Shown here piece after piece: positions 36,145-45,725 of a stretch of 64,000 nucleotides of DNA. The position numbers and the translations under genes are program-made. Source of the stretch: Candidatus Latescibacterota bacterium (lineage in GTDB: Bacteria > Latescibacterota > UBA2968 > UBA8231); contig OZ244561.1 in the NCBI GenBank assembly GCA_965217585.1, positions 5,632,001 through 5,696,000 on the forward strand. The letters are read 5' to 3'. Within the stretch, counting starts at the first letter, position 1. Each line of letters opens with the position of its first letter. The notes beneath the pieces are model-generated. The model was given only the letters and a program-made list of their open reading frames with translations. It was not told the origin of the DNA and ran no database searches.

Positions 36145-37152
36145 ATGCCCGCGCTCACATCTCACCAACTCGACCACTTTGCCAGCGAAGGCTACGTCGT
36201 CGTCAAAGGCGTCCTCGACCCGGTCACCACCCTCGACCCGGTCATCGACGAATACGCCACTGTCCTCGACAGCTTGGCCGACGCGCTCTACGCTCAGGGC
36301 GAAATCACCTCGCGCTACGAAGAGCTTGAGTTCGGCGACCGCTACATCCAGCTCTGTGTTGAAACCGGCCGCATCCACAGCCAGTACTTCGACTTCTCGC
36401 TACCCTTTCAAAACGTCCAGCCCGATACCCCCTTCTGGGCCGGCCCGGCCGTTTTCCGCGCCTTCACCGACCCCAACCTGCTCGACGTCGTCGAGGCGCT
36501 AATTGGCCCAGAAATTTACTCCAACCCGGTCCAGCATGTGCGCATCAAGCCACCCGAGCGCTACCTGCCCAAAAACCAGTTCGGCAACGCCATCCTCGGC
36601 GCGACCCAGTGGCACCAAGACCACGGCGTCGTAACCGAGGAGGCGGACGACACGCAGATGCTGACCGTGTGGTTCTCGCTACAAGACACCCCCATCGAGA
36701 AGGGGCCGCTGATGGTCGCGCCCGGCTCGCACAAAAACGGCCTTTTGCCCCACTGCCCTAACTACATGGACAACGCGCCGCAATTCGCGGGTGCGGCCCA
36801 AGTCCCGGAAAAGCTCTTCGCCGCCGATCAGGCCATCCCCGTGCCGGTCGAGCGCGGCGACGTCATCTTCGTCCACAAGCAGACCGTCCACGGCTCCTAT
36901 CCCAACATCAGCGACGAGGTCCGCTGGAGCTTTGACCTGCGCTACAATCCCAGCGACCAGCCCACCGGGCGCATCGCCTTCCCCGGGTTTGTCGCGCGCA
37001 GCCGCCGCGACCCAGACAGCGAGTTGCGCGACCCGGCCGAGTGGCACCGACTGTGGCTGGAGGCGCGGGCCAGAATGTCCGCTATCAACCAAGACGGCCA
37101 GATCGACGTTCCCTTCCGCCGTGCGCAGATGGCGCACCCTCTGTGTGCCTAA
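36145..37152 (+). CDS. Phytanoyl-CoA dioxygenase (PhyH) family
   Basis: 'EGYVVVKGVL', 'WHQD', 'G.L.V.PGSH', 'GDVIF.H..T.HGS..N', 'RWSFDLRY'. Confidence 0.92.
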   Translation: MPALTSHQLDHFASEGYVVVKGVLDPVTTLDPVIDEYATVLDSLADALYAQGEITSRYEELEFGDRYIQLCVETGRIHSQYFDFSLPFQNVQPDTPFWAGPAVFRAFTDPNLLDVVEALIGPEIYSNPVQHVRIKPPERYLPKNQFGNAILGATQWHQDHGVVTEEADDTQMLTVWFSLQDTPIEKGPLMVAPGSHKNGLLPHCPNYMDNAPQFAGAAQVPEKLFAADQAIPVPVERGDVIFVHKQTVHGSYPNISDEVRWSFDLRYNPSDQPTGRIAFPGFVARSRRDPDSELRDPAEWHRLWLEARARMSAINQDGQIDVPFRRAQMAHPLCA

Positions 37153-37157
37153 ACGCC

Positions 37158-38183
37158 ATGCAACCATTCGACAGCTACGGCGACCTGCTCACCTACATCC
37201 AAGACAACGGTCACACTCCACAGATCCTCGGCCGCGCGCCCGACGGACAGCCCATTGTCGCGATCAAAAGCGGCGGCGACAAAACACCGGCCATTTTCAT
37301 CAGTGCCGGCAGCCACGCCACCGAACAGGCTGGCGTCAGCGCGGCCTGCGCCCTCATCGACGAAATCGAGACCGAGCACCAGCTCTACACCATCCCCAGC
37401 CGAGACCTCATCGGCATGAATGGCCTCGCCTACGCGCTCGGCCTGAGCCTAGAAACCCCGGATCTCGGCGGCCTCGACGACGTCGCCCCCTTACTCAAAA
37501 AGCGCGGCGAAGTCCTCTATGACGAAGGCGAAACCGTGGTCGCCCTCATCGGCGAGTATGGCTACTCGACGAGCAACCTGTACAACCATCCAGTAGGGGA
37601 TTGGATCGAAGCACTCAAAGGCCGTCGGCTCTACTTTGCCGCCAGCAATCCCGGCGTCGAGCGCGCGTACACGCTGGTGATTGACCCCGCCGGTGAAGTC
37701 CTCCACCTCAACCGTTTCCACGACACCCCTTGGGCACCCGTCGAGCCGCGTTGCACCCGCGACCTGATGGCCTCCATACAGCCCGGCCTGACGCTAGACC
37801 TCCACGAGCACGGGGGCGACTTCTTCTGGTTTTCGGCGCGGCACCAGCGCACCCCCAGCGACCAGCAGTGGGAGGAGGCCATGGCCAGCGAGATGATCGC
37901 CGCAGTCGCGGCCTCCGGCGTGGCCCTCGCCCCGAGCGACTATTTGCCCGGATCTTTTTTTACCAAGGGGCCGCGCAGCGTCTTCTGGCTCAACCCCCAG
38001 CAGCGCGGCGAGGGCTTCAACCTCGCCGACTTTGCCGCGAAAACCTACGGCTTGGCCTTCACCATTGAGACCGGCATGGAACTGCCCTTTGCCGAGCGGG
38101 TCCACACCGCGAAGATCGCCGTGCAAAAGGCCGTCGAGGTCTTTGCGAGACGCCACGCCGGATGCCCATCGGCCACGCCCTAA
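37158..38183 (+). CDS. M14-like zinc carboxypeptidase/deacylase fold protein
   Basis: HxxE 'AGSHATE', 'LNR', 'DLHE', C-terminal 'FTIETG'. Confidence 0.75.
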   Translation: MQPFDSYGDLLTYIQDNGHTPQILGRAPDGQPIVAIKSGGDKTPAIFISAGSHATEQAGVSAACALIDEIETEHQLYTIPSRDLIGMNGLAYALGLSLETPDLGGLDDVAPLLKKRGEVLYDEGETVVALIGEYGYSTSNLYNHPVGDWIEALKGRRLYFAASNPGVERAYTLVIDPAGEVLHLNRFHDTPWAPVEPRCTRDLMASIQPGLTLDLHEHGGDFFWFSARHQRTPSDQQWEEAMASEMIAAVAASGVALAPSDYLPGSFFTKGPRSVFWLNPQQRGEGFNLADFAAKTYGLAFTIETGMELPFAERVHTAKIAVQKAVEVFARRHAGCPSATP

Positions 38184-39418
38184 GCCGCTTTCGGCTGCGG
38201 GAATTTAACCGCAATGTCCGGCTGTTTTTCGCTTTTGGCACCTCGATCAACGCCGGCATGGCGCTCTTTTCCCTGCTGTACAACCTCTATCTACTGCGCC
38301 TGAGCTACCAAGAGGACTTCATCGGCCAAGTCGCCAGCATGGCACCGCTGGCGACCGGCCTGTTGGCGCTGCCCACCGGCATCCTGAGCGACCGCCTCGG
38401 CCGCAAGCCCTTCCTCATAGCGTCGGGCCTGCTGCTGGCTGTCTCCCAGTTGGGCCTGTGCCTAACAACAACCCCGGGCGCGCTGCTGGCGTTCTCGTTT
38501 GTCGGCGGCGTGGCCACGGCCTTCGTCTGGGTCAACCACGTGCCCTTCCTCTCGGACAACGCCCACCCAGCGCGGCGCGCCGAAGCCCTCGCCATTTGGT
38601 CGGGCCTGCAAATAATCGTCCGCATGTTCCTGAGCCTAATCGGCGGCTTCATGCCCGGAGTCATGGGCTACTTCCTCGGCCTCTCTACCGAGGCCCCCGC
38701 ACCCTTCCGCTACGCGCTGTTCTTCGGCGCGGCTTGTTCAATCATCGCCGTCGTGCCGATGCTGTACGCATCCGGTGAAACCCGCCGCGAAAGAGCACCC
38801 GCGCCAACTCGGTCGCCGGATAAAAACGAGTCGACGATTCCGCCGTGGCGCGTCTTTGCTGCCATTACCGTCTTGAGTGGCACGCGCGGTTTCTCCATGG
38901 GGCTGACGTACCCGTTCTTCAACGTGTTCTTCGAGTCCGAGCTGGGCGTCGGCCCGGCTGCGATCGGCGCGATCTTCTTCCTCAGCCAACTCGCCAGCCT
39001 ACCAGCGACCTTTGCCGCGCCAACGCTGGTGCGCCGCTTCGGGCCGACGCTGACCATTCTCCCGGCCCGCACTATGGGCGGCAGTGCGCTCGGGATCATG
39101 GGAGCCTTTATCAGCCTGCCATTGGCCGTGCCCATGTTTCTGCTCGTGCGCATCGGCGAAGTCATCGACAACCCGTCCGACCAGCACTTCTCCACCCAAG
39201 TGCTGCCCCGACGCTATTGGGCGCGGATCCAGGGTCTCCGCGTCTGCGGCTTCCAGCTCTTGAGCTTCCTCGGCAGCCTCATCGGCGGCACGCTCATCCT
39301 CGACTATGGCTACGGGGCCGTCTTTGGCCTGGCCTGCGCGTCGCGGATTGCGAGCGGCTTGATTATGGCGGCTTTTTTCGGGCTGCGGCCAGCGCGCCCG
39401 CTTGCAACAGAGCGTTAG
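38162..39418 (+). CDS. MFS transporter
   Basis: About 12 TM segments; motif A 'GILSDRLGRK'. Confidence 0.9.
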   Translation: MPIGHALSRFRLREFNRNVRLFFAFGTSINAGMALFSLLYNLYLLRLSYQEDFIGQVASMAPLATGLLALPTGILSDRLGRKPFLIASGLLLAVSQLGLCLTTTPGALLAFSFVGGVATAFVWVNHVPFLSDNAHPARRAEALAIWSGLQIIVRMFLSLIGGFMPGVMGYFLGLSTEAPAPFRYALFFGAACSIIAVVPMLYASGETRRERAPAPTRSPDKNESTIPPWRVFAAITVLSGTRGFSMGLTYPFFNVFFESELGVGPAAIGAIFFLSQLASLPATFAAPTLVRRFGPTLTILPARTMGGSALGIMGAFISLPLAVPMFLLVRIGEVIDNPSDQHFSTQVLPRRYWARIQGLRVCGFQLLSFLGSLIGGTLILDYGYGAVFGLACASRIASGLIMAAFFGLRPARPLATER

Positions 39419-39480
39419 TGCTAATCACTCGCGGGGGAATCTAATCACCCACAACCCGCTAGAGTGCTTCCCACACAACG

Positions 39481-39510
39481 ACGAAGTTCCTATTGACACA
39501 GGAACTCCGT
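39481..39510. promoter_or_regulatory. 11-8-11 palindrome enclosing TTGACA (operator over a -35 box)
   Basis: ACGAAGTTCCT attgacac AGGAACTCCGT (10/11 symmetric). Confidence 0.55.
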
Positions 39511-39576
39511 TCTGGTAGTGGTTAGGGGAAGTTTCTGGTGGCCGCTAACCACTGATGTGAACATGAAGGGCTGAAA

Positions 39577-42500
39577 ATGAAAAAGGCCTATTTGTTCAAC
39601 GTCGCCCTGTTGTTGGTCGGTGTCCTATTCGTGCCGGCTAGCTACGCTCAGGACTATACTCGCCGGAATCTGCCCGAAGGTGCCCTCGCCCGCCTAGGCA
39701 AAGGAGAGGCGAAAGCGGCGCTCTATTCAGCCGATGGCATGCGGCTGGCGGTGAACAGCAGTCTCGGCATCTGGATCTACGATGCTCACACTGGCGCCGA
39801 AGTCGTTCTGATTCCGGAGGGAAATGCCAGAGTGATAGCTCTCTCATCGGATGGGTCCACCCTAGCCAGTACCAGGGCCAGTACCAAGAGCTGGCGGGAC
39901 AGAACGGTGCGGTTGTGGGATGCGGACAGCGGTGAACTCAAAGCCGTCCTCGAAGGGCATAAGGACTTGATCAGTTCCATGTCGTTTGCCCCCGATGGGG
40001 CCACTCTCGCCAGTGGCAGTTACGATGAAACGATCCGGCTATGGGACGTCGCCAGCGGCGAGGTCGTGGCCATTTTAGAAGGGTATAACGAGCCAGTCCA
40101 TTCCGTGTCGTATTCTCCGAATGGGGCCATTATCGCCAGTGGCGGTAGGGACAACACGGTGTGGTTATGGGACGTCGCCAGTGGGCAGCTCAAAGCCGTC
40201 CTCGAAGGGCATAAGGAGTGGATCAGTTCCATGTCGTTTGCCCCCGATGGGGCCACTCTCGCCAGTGGCAGTTACGATGAAACGATCCGGCTATGGGACG
40301 TCGCCAGTGGGCAGCTCAAAGCCGTCCTCGAAGGGCATAAGGACTGGTCGATCAGTTCCATGTCGTTTTCGCCCGATGGGGCCTCTCTCGCCAGTGGCAG
40401 TTGGGACAGCACGGTGCGGCTATGGGATGTGGACAGCGGACAAACGCAAAATACCCTAGAACCTCCGGGACTTGTCTATTCCGTGTCATATACGCCGGAT
40501 GGGGCCTCTCTGATCGTTGTCAGTGGCTACGGCACAGTGCAGTTGTGGGATGCGGACAGCGGACAAATGCAGGGCACCTTGCCGGGACATACGGTTTGGG
40601 TCTATTCGGTGGCTTTCTCTCCTGATGGAGCTACCCTCGCTAGTAGCCATATAAACGGCGAGTTGTGGCTGTGGGATGTAGCCGGCAGCCAACTCAAGGC
40701 CTTTGAAGGGCATATGGATATGAGCCGGGTCCGTTCGGTGGTTTTCTCACCGGATGGGGTCACCCTCGCCGGTATTGACCACACAGTCCGGTTATGGGAC
40801 GTGGACAGCGGACAAATGCGCAATACCCTGCGAAGTTATATTTATCCCCGTTCGGTAGCTTTCTCGCCGGATGGGGTCACTTTGGCTAGTGGCCATAGAA
40901 ACGGCGAGGTGAGGCTGTGGGATGCGGCCAACATCGGGTCAAGGGCAGAACCCGTTATCCTTCAGGGGCATCTGGAAGAAGTCCTCTCCGTGGCTTTCTC
41001 GTCGGATGGGGTCACTTTGGCTAGTGGCCATATAAACGGCGAGGTGAGGCTGTGGGATGTGAACAGCGGTCAACTCAAGACCATCCTCGAAGGACATACG
41101 GATTGGGTTAGTTCGGTGGCTTTCTCACCGGATGGAGCCGGCCTTGCCAGTAGCAGTAACGACGGCACAGTGCGGTTGTGGGATGCGGACAGCGGACAAA
41201 TGCAGGGCACCTTGCCGGGACATACGGACGATGCGGATGATTGGGTAACTTCCTTAGCGTATTCTCCAGATGGATTCACTCTCGCCGGCGGCGGTTCCGC
41301 TGGCACAATTCTGCTGTGGGATGCGGTCAGTGGCCAGCTCAAAACCACCCTCGAAGGGCATACGGGTCGTGTCTATTCCATAGCATTTTCGCCCGATGGG
41401 ACCATCCTGGCCAGTGGCAGTAACGACGGTACGATTCTGCTGTGGGACATGTTGAACATCCCAAATCCACCTGTCAATATATCCGTCCCACTCGGTTTTG
41501 CTGTCGAGAAATCGTCGTGGTTGGAGCCGATCGCCATGGATCTTATCACGAATCGCGAATACGGCACGGGAATCATCGGTGCGACCATCCGTGGTGCCGC
41601 ATCCGATGATGGAGAAGTATTGCTCTGGAGGTTCTCGGCAGAGGGAGAGGAGCTAGTCGCCCGCATCCCTGCCGAGTTAGTAAACGCAGTGCCGACGGTC
41701 CGTTTCGATCAAACCGGACTGTTTGACAACAAGCTTTTCGTGACGATCAATGCTGGCCCGGATGGACAGCGCACAACCCGTGTCGTAATCGTAGAGCCGA
41801 ACGGCGAGTTTCGCGACGCAATCAACATCTACAATGAAAATTCGACCCAAGCGTCCATTGAGTTCATTAGCCACTCAAGCTATCCAGCAGGTGCCTATAT
41901 CTACGATGCAGACATCGGGCAAGGCCAGTCTTTCTACCGGCTGGATACGTCCTTCAATCTCCACCTGATCGCTTCCCATACCCTACCTGCCGACAGAAGC
42001 GATATCGATCCAATGGACCTGAAGGCCGACCCAACCGGAAAATACGGCGGTCTGCTGACGCTCTCCGATACCGATCTCAACCACCAAAGACTTTCAGGCC
42101 TGTACCAACTGCAAGCCAATGGAGAATGGCGAACGTTGGTGCCGCCGGCACCTGTCAGTGAGCGTCAATTTCAGGGAATCGCGTTCTCTAACGCTGGGCC
42201 TCTTGGCAACGGTCTCTACGTAGCAGACGCCGCAGCGAACAACATTTGGATCGCAAGCCCCAGAGGTCATATCGAAGCCTTTGTAATCGGTTTTGTTGCT
42301 CCCAAGCGCGTTGCCATCGGACCGGAGGGAGCCGACATGTGGGTTACCGATCAGACGGGACTGTATCGGATCTTCTCGACCGATCCAGCCGATCAGGAAG
42401 CTCGCAAAACCACCTTGCCGGTCGCCAGCAGTCTAGAGTCCAACTATCCCAACCCCTTCAACAGCTCCACCCAAATCCCCTACCGCGTCAGTGCCCCCGG

Positions 42501-42699
42501 GCCAGTGCGACTGGTGATCTACAACACCCTCGGCCAGCCGGTGCGCACGCTGGTGGACGCAGTCCAAGCTGCCGACGCGTACCAAGTTCCTTGGGACGGC
42601 TGCGACCACCGCGGAGCGCGCGTCGCCAACGGGGTTTACTTATACCGGCTTCAGGCTGGGGAGATCTCCCGGGTGCGCAAGATGCTGGTCCTGGAATAA
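39577..42699 (+). CDS. Secreted WD40-repeat protein with extra propeller-like domain and FlgD-Ig/T9SS type-A-like tail
   Basis: Signal peptide, 'LPEGALARLGKG', about 13 GH...FSPDG..LASG..D.TVRLWD repeats, tail 'NYPNPFN...RKMLVLE'. Confidence 0.92.
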   Translation: MKKAYLFNVALLLVGVLFVPASYAQDYTRRNLPEGALARLGKGEAKAALYSADGMRLAVNSSLGIWIYDAHTGAEVVLIPEGNARVIALSSDGSTLASTRASTKSWRDRTVRLWDADSGELKAVLEGHKDLISSMSFAPDGATLASGSYDETIRLWDVASGEVVAILEGYNEPVHSVSYSPNGAIIASGGRDNTVWLWDVASGQLKAVLEGHKEWISSMSFAPDGATLASGSYDETIRLWDVASGQLKAVLEGHKDWSISSMSFSPDGASLASGSWDSTVRLWDVDSGQTQNTLEPPGLVYSVSYTPDGASLIVVSGYGTVQLWDADSGQMQGTLPGHTVWVYSVAFSPDGATLASSHINGELWLWDVAGSQLKAFEGHMDMSRVRSVVFSPDGVTLAGIDHTVRLWDVDSGQMRNTLRSYIYPRSVAFSPDGVTLASGHRNGEVRLWDAANIGSRAEPVILQGHLEEVLSVAFSSDGVTLASGHINGEVRLWDVNSGQLKTILEGHTDWVSSVAFSPDGAGLASSSNDGTVRLWDADSGQMQGTLPGHTDDADDWVTSLAYSPDGFTLAGGGSAGTILLWDAVSGQLKTTLEGHTGRVYSIAFSPDGTILASGSNDGTILLWDMLNIPNPPVNISVPLGFAVEKSSWLEPIAMDLITNREYGTGIIGATIRGAASDDGEVLLWRFSAEGEELVARIPAELVNAVPTVRFDQTGLFDNKLFVTINAGPDGQRTTRVVIVEPNGEFRDAINIYNENSTQASIEFISHSSYPAGAYIYDADIGQGQSFYRLDTSFNLHLIASHTLPADRSDIDPMDLKADPTGKYGGLLTLSDTDLNHQRLSGLYQLQANGEWRTLVPPAPVSERQFQGIAFSNAGPLGNGLYVADAAANNIWIASPRGHIEAFVIGFVAPKRVAIGPEGADMWVTDQTGLYRIFSTDPADQEARKTTLPVASSLESNYPNPFNSSTQIPYRVSAPGPVRLVIYNTLGQPVRTLVDAVQAADAYQVPWDGCDHRGARVANGVYLYRLQAGEISRVRKMLVLE
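39937..40307 (+). repeat. Near-identical internal DNA duplication in the WD40 gene (39937-40055 vs 40189-40307)
   Basis: 119 bp with 2 mismatches, offset 252 bp (two WD units). Confidence 0.85.
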
Positions 42700-42775
42700 A
42701 GTAGCCCAGAACCGCTGCGGCGGTGTTCCATCTCCTATTCCCCCAAGAGATTCCTCTGTTATCCGACCGCCAGAT

Positions 42776-44347
42776 TCATCGACGGCGACGGGAAGCTCTG
42801 CGCTGCTGCGGACAGTCACTGAAGTCCCGGCGCGGGTCCTGGCTGACCACATCTGGATAATAGAGCGGCTGGTCCGCTTCTACCAGCATCCCGTCTCCAC
42901 GCATGATCTGGTTAGACGTTCGGGGCTTTATCCGGCTCGGATACTGCTTGTGATATTGCGCACTTTCCCGCCTAGTCGACTCTATGACTTCCTCAAAATC
43001 AAAGCCATCAAAGAGCGCGGACTTGAGTTTCTCCAGTTCGGCGGCCATCTCCCCTGTGGCGCGGCCTACCAGATTGCGCTGCTCGTGCGGATCGTCCATC
43101 AGGTCGAAGGCCAGATCCTCGCAGGTGTGGAAGGCGATGTACTTGTAGCGCTGCGAGCGGATCATGCGGTATCCTTTGCCCAGGTGTCCGACGATGACGC
43201 CGGGGCGCGCTGCCAGAGCCGGGCAGGCATCGCCCCGCCCCGCCGGCGCCAAGTCGATGCCGTCCAGACCGTCGAGCAGAGGCGCGTCGGTCAAGCCACA
43301 GAGCGTGGGGAAGATATCGGCCAGGCTCACCGGCGCGGCGATTTCAGCTGGCGAGAGCTGGCCCCTGCGGTGCTCCGGCAGGGAGACGATCAGCGGCACC
43401 CGAACAGAAGCTTCGTGCCAAGTCTGTTTCCACCACAGGCCGTGCTCTCCAGCCAGTTCGCCGTGGTCCGAGGTGTAGACGATGACGGTGTTGTCGAGCA
43501 GCCCGTCGCGCTCCAAGACCGCTAAAAAGTCCCCTATGATCTCGTCCAACTGGTCTACGCAGGCAACGTATGCCGCCCGGGCGCGCAGGGTCTGGTCCGC
43601 GGTGATCTCTTCGGCGGGATGCCCCTGGGACTCGCCACTATCCGACCTCAGAGCTTCCAAGGTCATGGGGTGGTCCTCGGCGTCCCCGCTGCGGCCCACC
43701 CGCGGCGGAGTGACCCCTTCGGGGTAGTAGCGCTCGAAAAAGCGGCGGGGTGCGTTCATCGGGAAGTGCGGGTGAACGAACGAGGTGTACATCAACCAGG
43801 GCTGGTCCGGGTGGGCGTGGCGGTGTTCGCGCAGCCACGCCGTGGCCTCGCGCACGACAAACTGCTCCTGGAACAGGGATTCGGGGATATCGCTGAGACC
43901 GGCATCCTCAATGATGGAGGGCATGAAGATGTGATCCTGGATCCCGGGCAGAAAAAGTGGGTCTTTCTGATGGCCTGGCGAGGGCGCGTCAAAATCGCCG
44001 TAGGGGCGGGCCCCGAAACCGGCGTACTGACGGGAGCCCCGCAGGTGCATCTTGCCGACGGCGGCCGTGGCGTAGCCGTGCTGCCCTAGGTGCGAAGCAA
44101 AGGTAGGGGTGTCAGGCCACAGGACCGGGCAGCGATGCGGGTGCCGGCCGGACAGCATCGACATTCGGCTGGGCGTACACAGGGGCATCTGGCAATAGGC
44201 AGTTTCGAAGTGGACGCCCTGCTGGATGAGACGGTCAAGCGTCGGAGTGCGGCAGGGTTCGCCGCCGCGCTCCGGAGAGCGGGCCGAGAGGAAGCGAAAA
44301 CTGTGTTCATCGCTGAGGAGAAAGAGGATATTGGGGCGATTGGGCAT
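42776..44347 (-). CDS. Formylglycine-dependent sulfatase (choline-sulfatase-like)
   Basis: 'PNILFLLSDEH', CTPSR, 'GKMH', 'PHFP', 'YTSDHG'. Confidence 0.93.
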   Translation of the reverse strand: MPNRPNILFLLSDEHSFRFLSARSPERGGEPCRTPTLDRLIQQGVHFETAYCQMPLCTPSRMSMLSGRHPHRCPVLWPDTPTFASHLGQHGYATAAVGKMHLRGSRQYAGFGARPYGDFDAPSPGHQKDPLFLPGIQDHIFMPSIIEDAGLSDIPESLFQEQFVVREATAWLREHRHAHPDQPWLMYTSFVHPHFPMNAPRRFFERYYPEGVTPPRVGRSGDAEDHPMTLEALRSDSGESQGHPAEEITADQTLRARAAYVACVDQLDEIIGDFLAVLERDGLLDNTVIVYTSDHGELAGEHGLWWKQTWHEASVRVPLIVSLPEHRRGQLSPAEIAAPVSLADIFPTLCGLTDAPLLDGLDGIDLAPAGRGDACPALAARPGVIVGHLGKGYRMIRSQRYKYIAFHTCEDLAFDLMDDPHEQRNLVGRATGEMAAELEKLKSALFDGFDFEEVIESTRRESAQYHKQYPSRIKPRTSNQIMRGDGMLVEADQPLYYPDVVSQDPRRDFSDCPQQRRASRRRR

Positions 44348-44395
44348 GGGTATAGCTCCTGTAGAAGTTAGATCATCGCTTGGGCAAAACTCCAT

Positions 44396-44426
44396 AAAAA
44401 ATAAGCCCCTGATTGCTCAGGGGCTT
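44396..44426 (-). terminator. Rho-independent terminator of tRNA-Val
   Basis: Minus strand AAGCCCCTGA gcaa TCAGGGGCTT ATTTTTT. Confidence 0.85.
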
Positions 44427-44432
44427 GTAAAG

Positions 44433-44509
44433 TGGTGGGCGATCCCAGACTCGAACTGGGGACATCCTGCTTGTAAGGCAGGCGCTCTGACCAACTGAGC
44501 TAACCGCCC
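44433..44509 (-). tRNA. trnV: tRNA-Val (anticodon TAC)
   Basis: GGGCGGTTAGCTCAGTTGGTCAGAGCG-CCTGC CT TAC AA GCAGG-...GTTCGAGTC...CGCCCACCA; 77 nt with encoded CCA. Confidence 0.97.
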
Positions 44510-44517
44510 GGCCTCTA

Positions 44518-44546
44518 AGCATAGCAATTCCGGCCCTTGCGTGCAA
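44518..44546 (-). promoter_or_regulatory. tRNA promoter
   Basis: Minus strand TTGCAC-17-TATGCT ending 8 nt upstream of the tRNA. Confidence 0.6.
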
Positions 44547-44640
44547 AACGAACGCCGTCCATTTGGCACTGTTGACCTCCTGCCCTAGAATTAAAATTCG
44601 CGCCAATGCAATGGCCGACGCGGATTAGCAAGAATACGAC

Positions 44641-45658
44641 ATGACCAATGCCACGCACACCCTGCTGCTCCCCAACCAAGTTGACGAGGCCCTCGCCGCG
44701 CACTTTGCCGCGCTCGGCGTCGGCACAATCGCCGCCTACAAGCTCTGGTGCCACCGGCACGGCCTGAGCACGGCGCTGGACAAAACGCCGCAAGAGCGGG
44801 CCGAGGAGCGGGTGCTCTTCGCCTCGTTGCAGCCATCGGTAGATCCAGCAGCCAGCAAAGAGCACGACCCGCGCCGCGCCGCGCCGACTCGCTATAGCAT
44901 TAGCGGCCAAGTCGTCGATCAGACCGCGTATCTGTCGGAAGTGGCCATCTATCTGAGCGGGAGTGTGCAAGACACGGTGTGGACGGATGCCGAAGGCCGC
45001 TTTGCATTTGCAGATCTCCCAGAGGGTCGCTATCGGCTGATACCGTTCAAGGACGAGCATCTGTTTTTCCCGCCCGAGCAGGCGGTTGTCCTTTCGGGCG
45101 AAGACGCGGTTGGGGTGGAGTTTGTCGAGGTTTTTGCGGTGCTGGCGGTGGCGGTGGAGCGCTTGGAGGTGGACGGGACGCCGCAGACGACTGTGGTGGA
45201 GCTGACTAACAGCGGGTTGGGTCGGTTGATCTGGCAGGTGCGGCACTCGGCGGCTTGGCTGTCGGTATCGGGTGCGGAGTTCGACGGGGTGGTAGAGGAA
45301 CGGGCGGATGGGTCGCTGGCAGGTCAGGGGGCGGGCATGTTGACGGTCGAGACGTCAGGAGCGGGGTTGGCTGCGGGGGCGTATGCAGACACGCTGTATG
45401 TGCAGTCCAATGGCGGCGAGGTGGCTATCCCCGTCAACGTTGACAGACGGGTTCAGGTCTGCACGCGATCCTGTATGGACGCCCGCTGGAAGCCGGATCC
45501 TGTTTTCAGCCGCTGTCGTCTCCGAGTCTAACCCTTTTTCTCCTTTTTCTAGACATATCTTTTCTATTAGTAGTGATGGTTTTGATGTTAGCGATTTGAC
45601 TGAAGACTTCAGCCCTAGCGGCCAACACTTCTTACCTGCCGTGTCCTTGTCGCCATAA
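44641..45658 (+). pseudogene. Chimeric remnant: unrelated N-terminus + CarboxypepD_reg/BACON-like Ig domains + out-of-frame PD40/TolB-like C-terminus
   Basis: No signal peptide; 'YSISGQV...TDAEGRFAFADLPEGRY', 'LTNSG.G.L.W.....AWLSV'; second frame 'LTDGFRSARDPVWTPAGSRILFS...HIFSISSDG..V.DLT'. Confidence 0.6.
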
Positions 45659-45725
45659 TTGAGGCCAAAACGGGGAACGGAGAAAACGAAAAATCGTGCA
45701 TAATAAACGGATGCGATCATCGCGC

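Noticed and set aside
44396-44509. tRNA-Val as an attachment site of an integrated element
   Set aside because: No second copy of the tRNA 3' end seen and no integrase; the downstream hairpin is explained as a terminator
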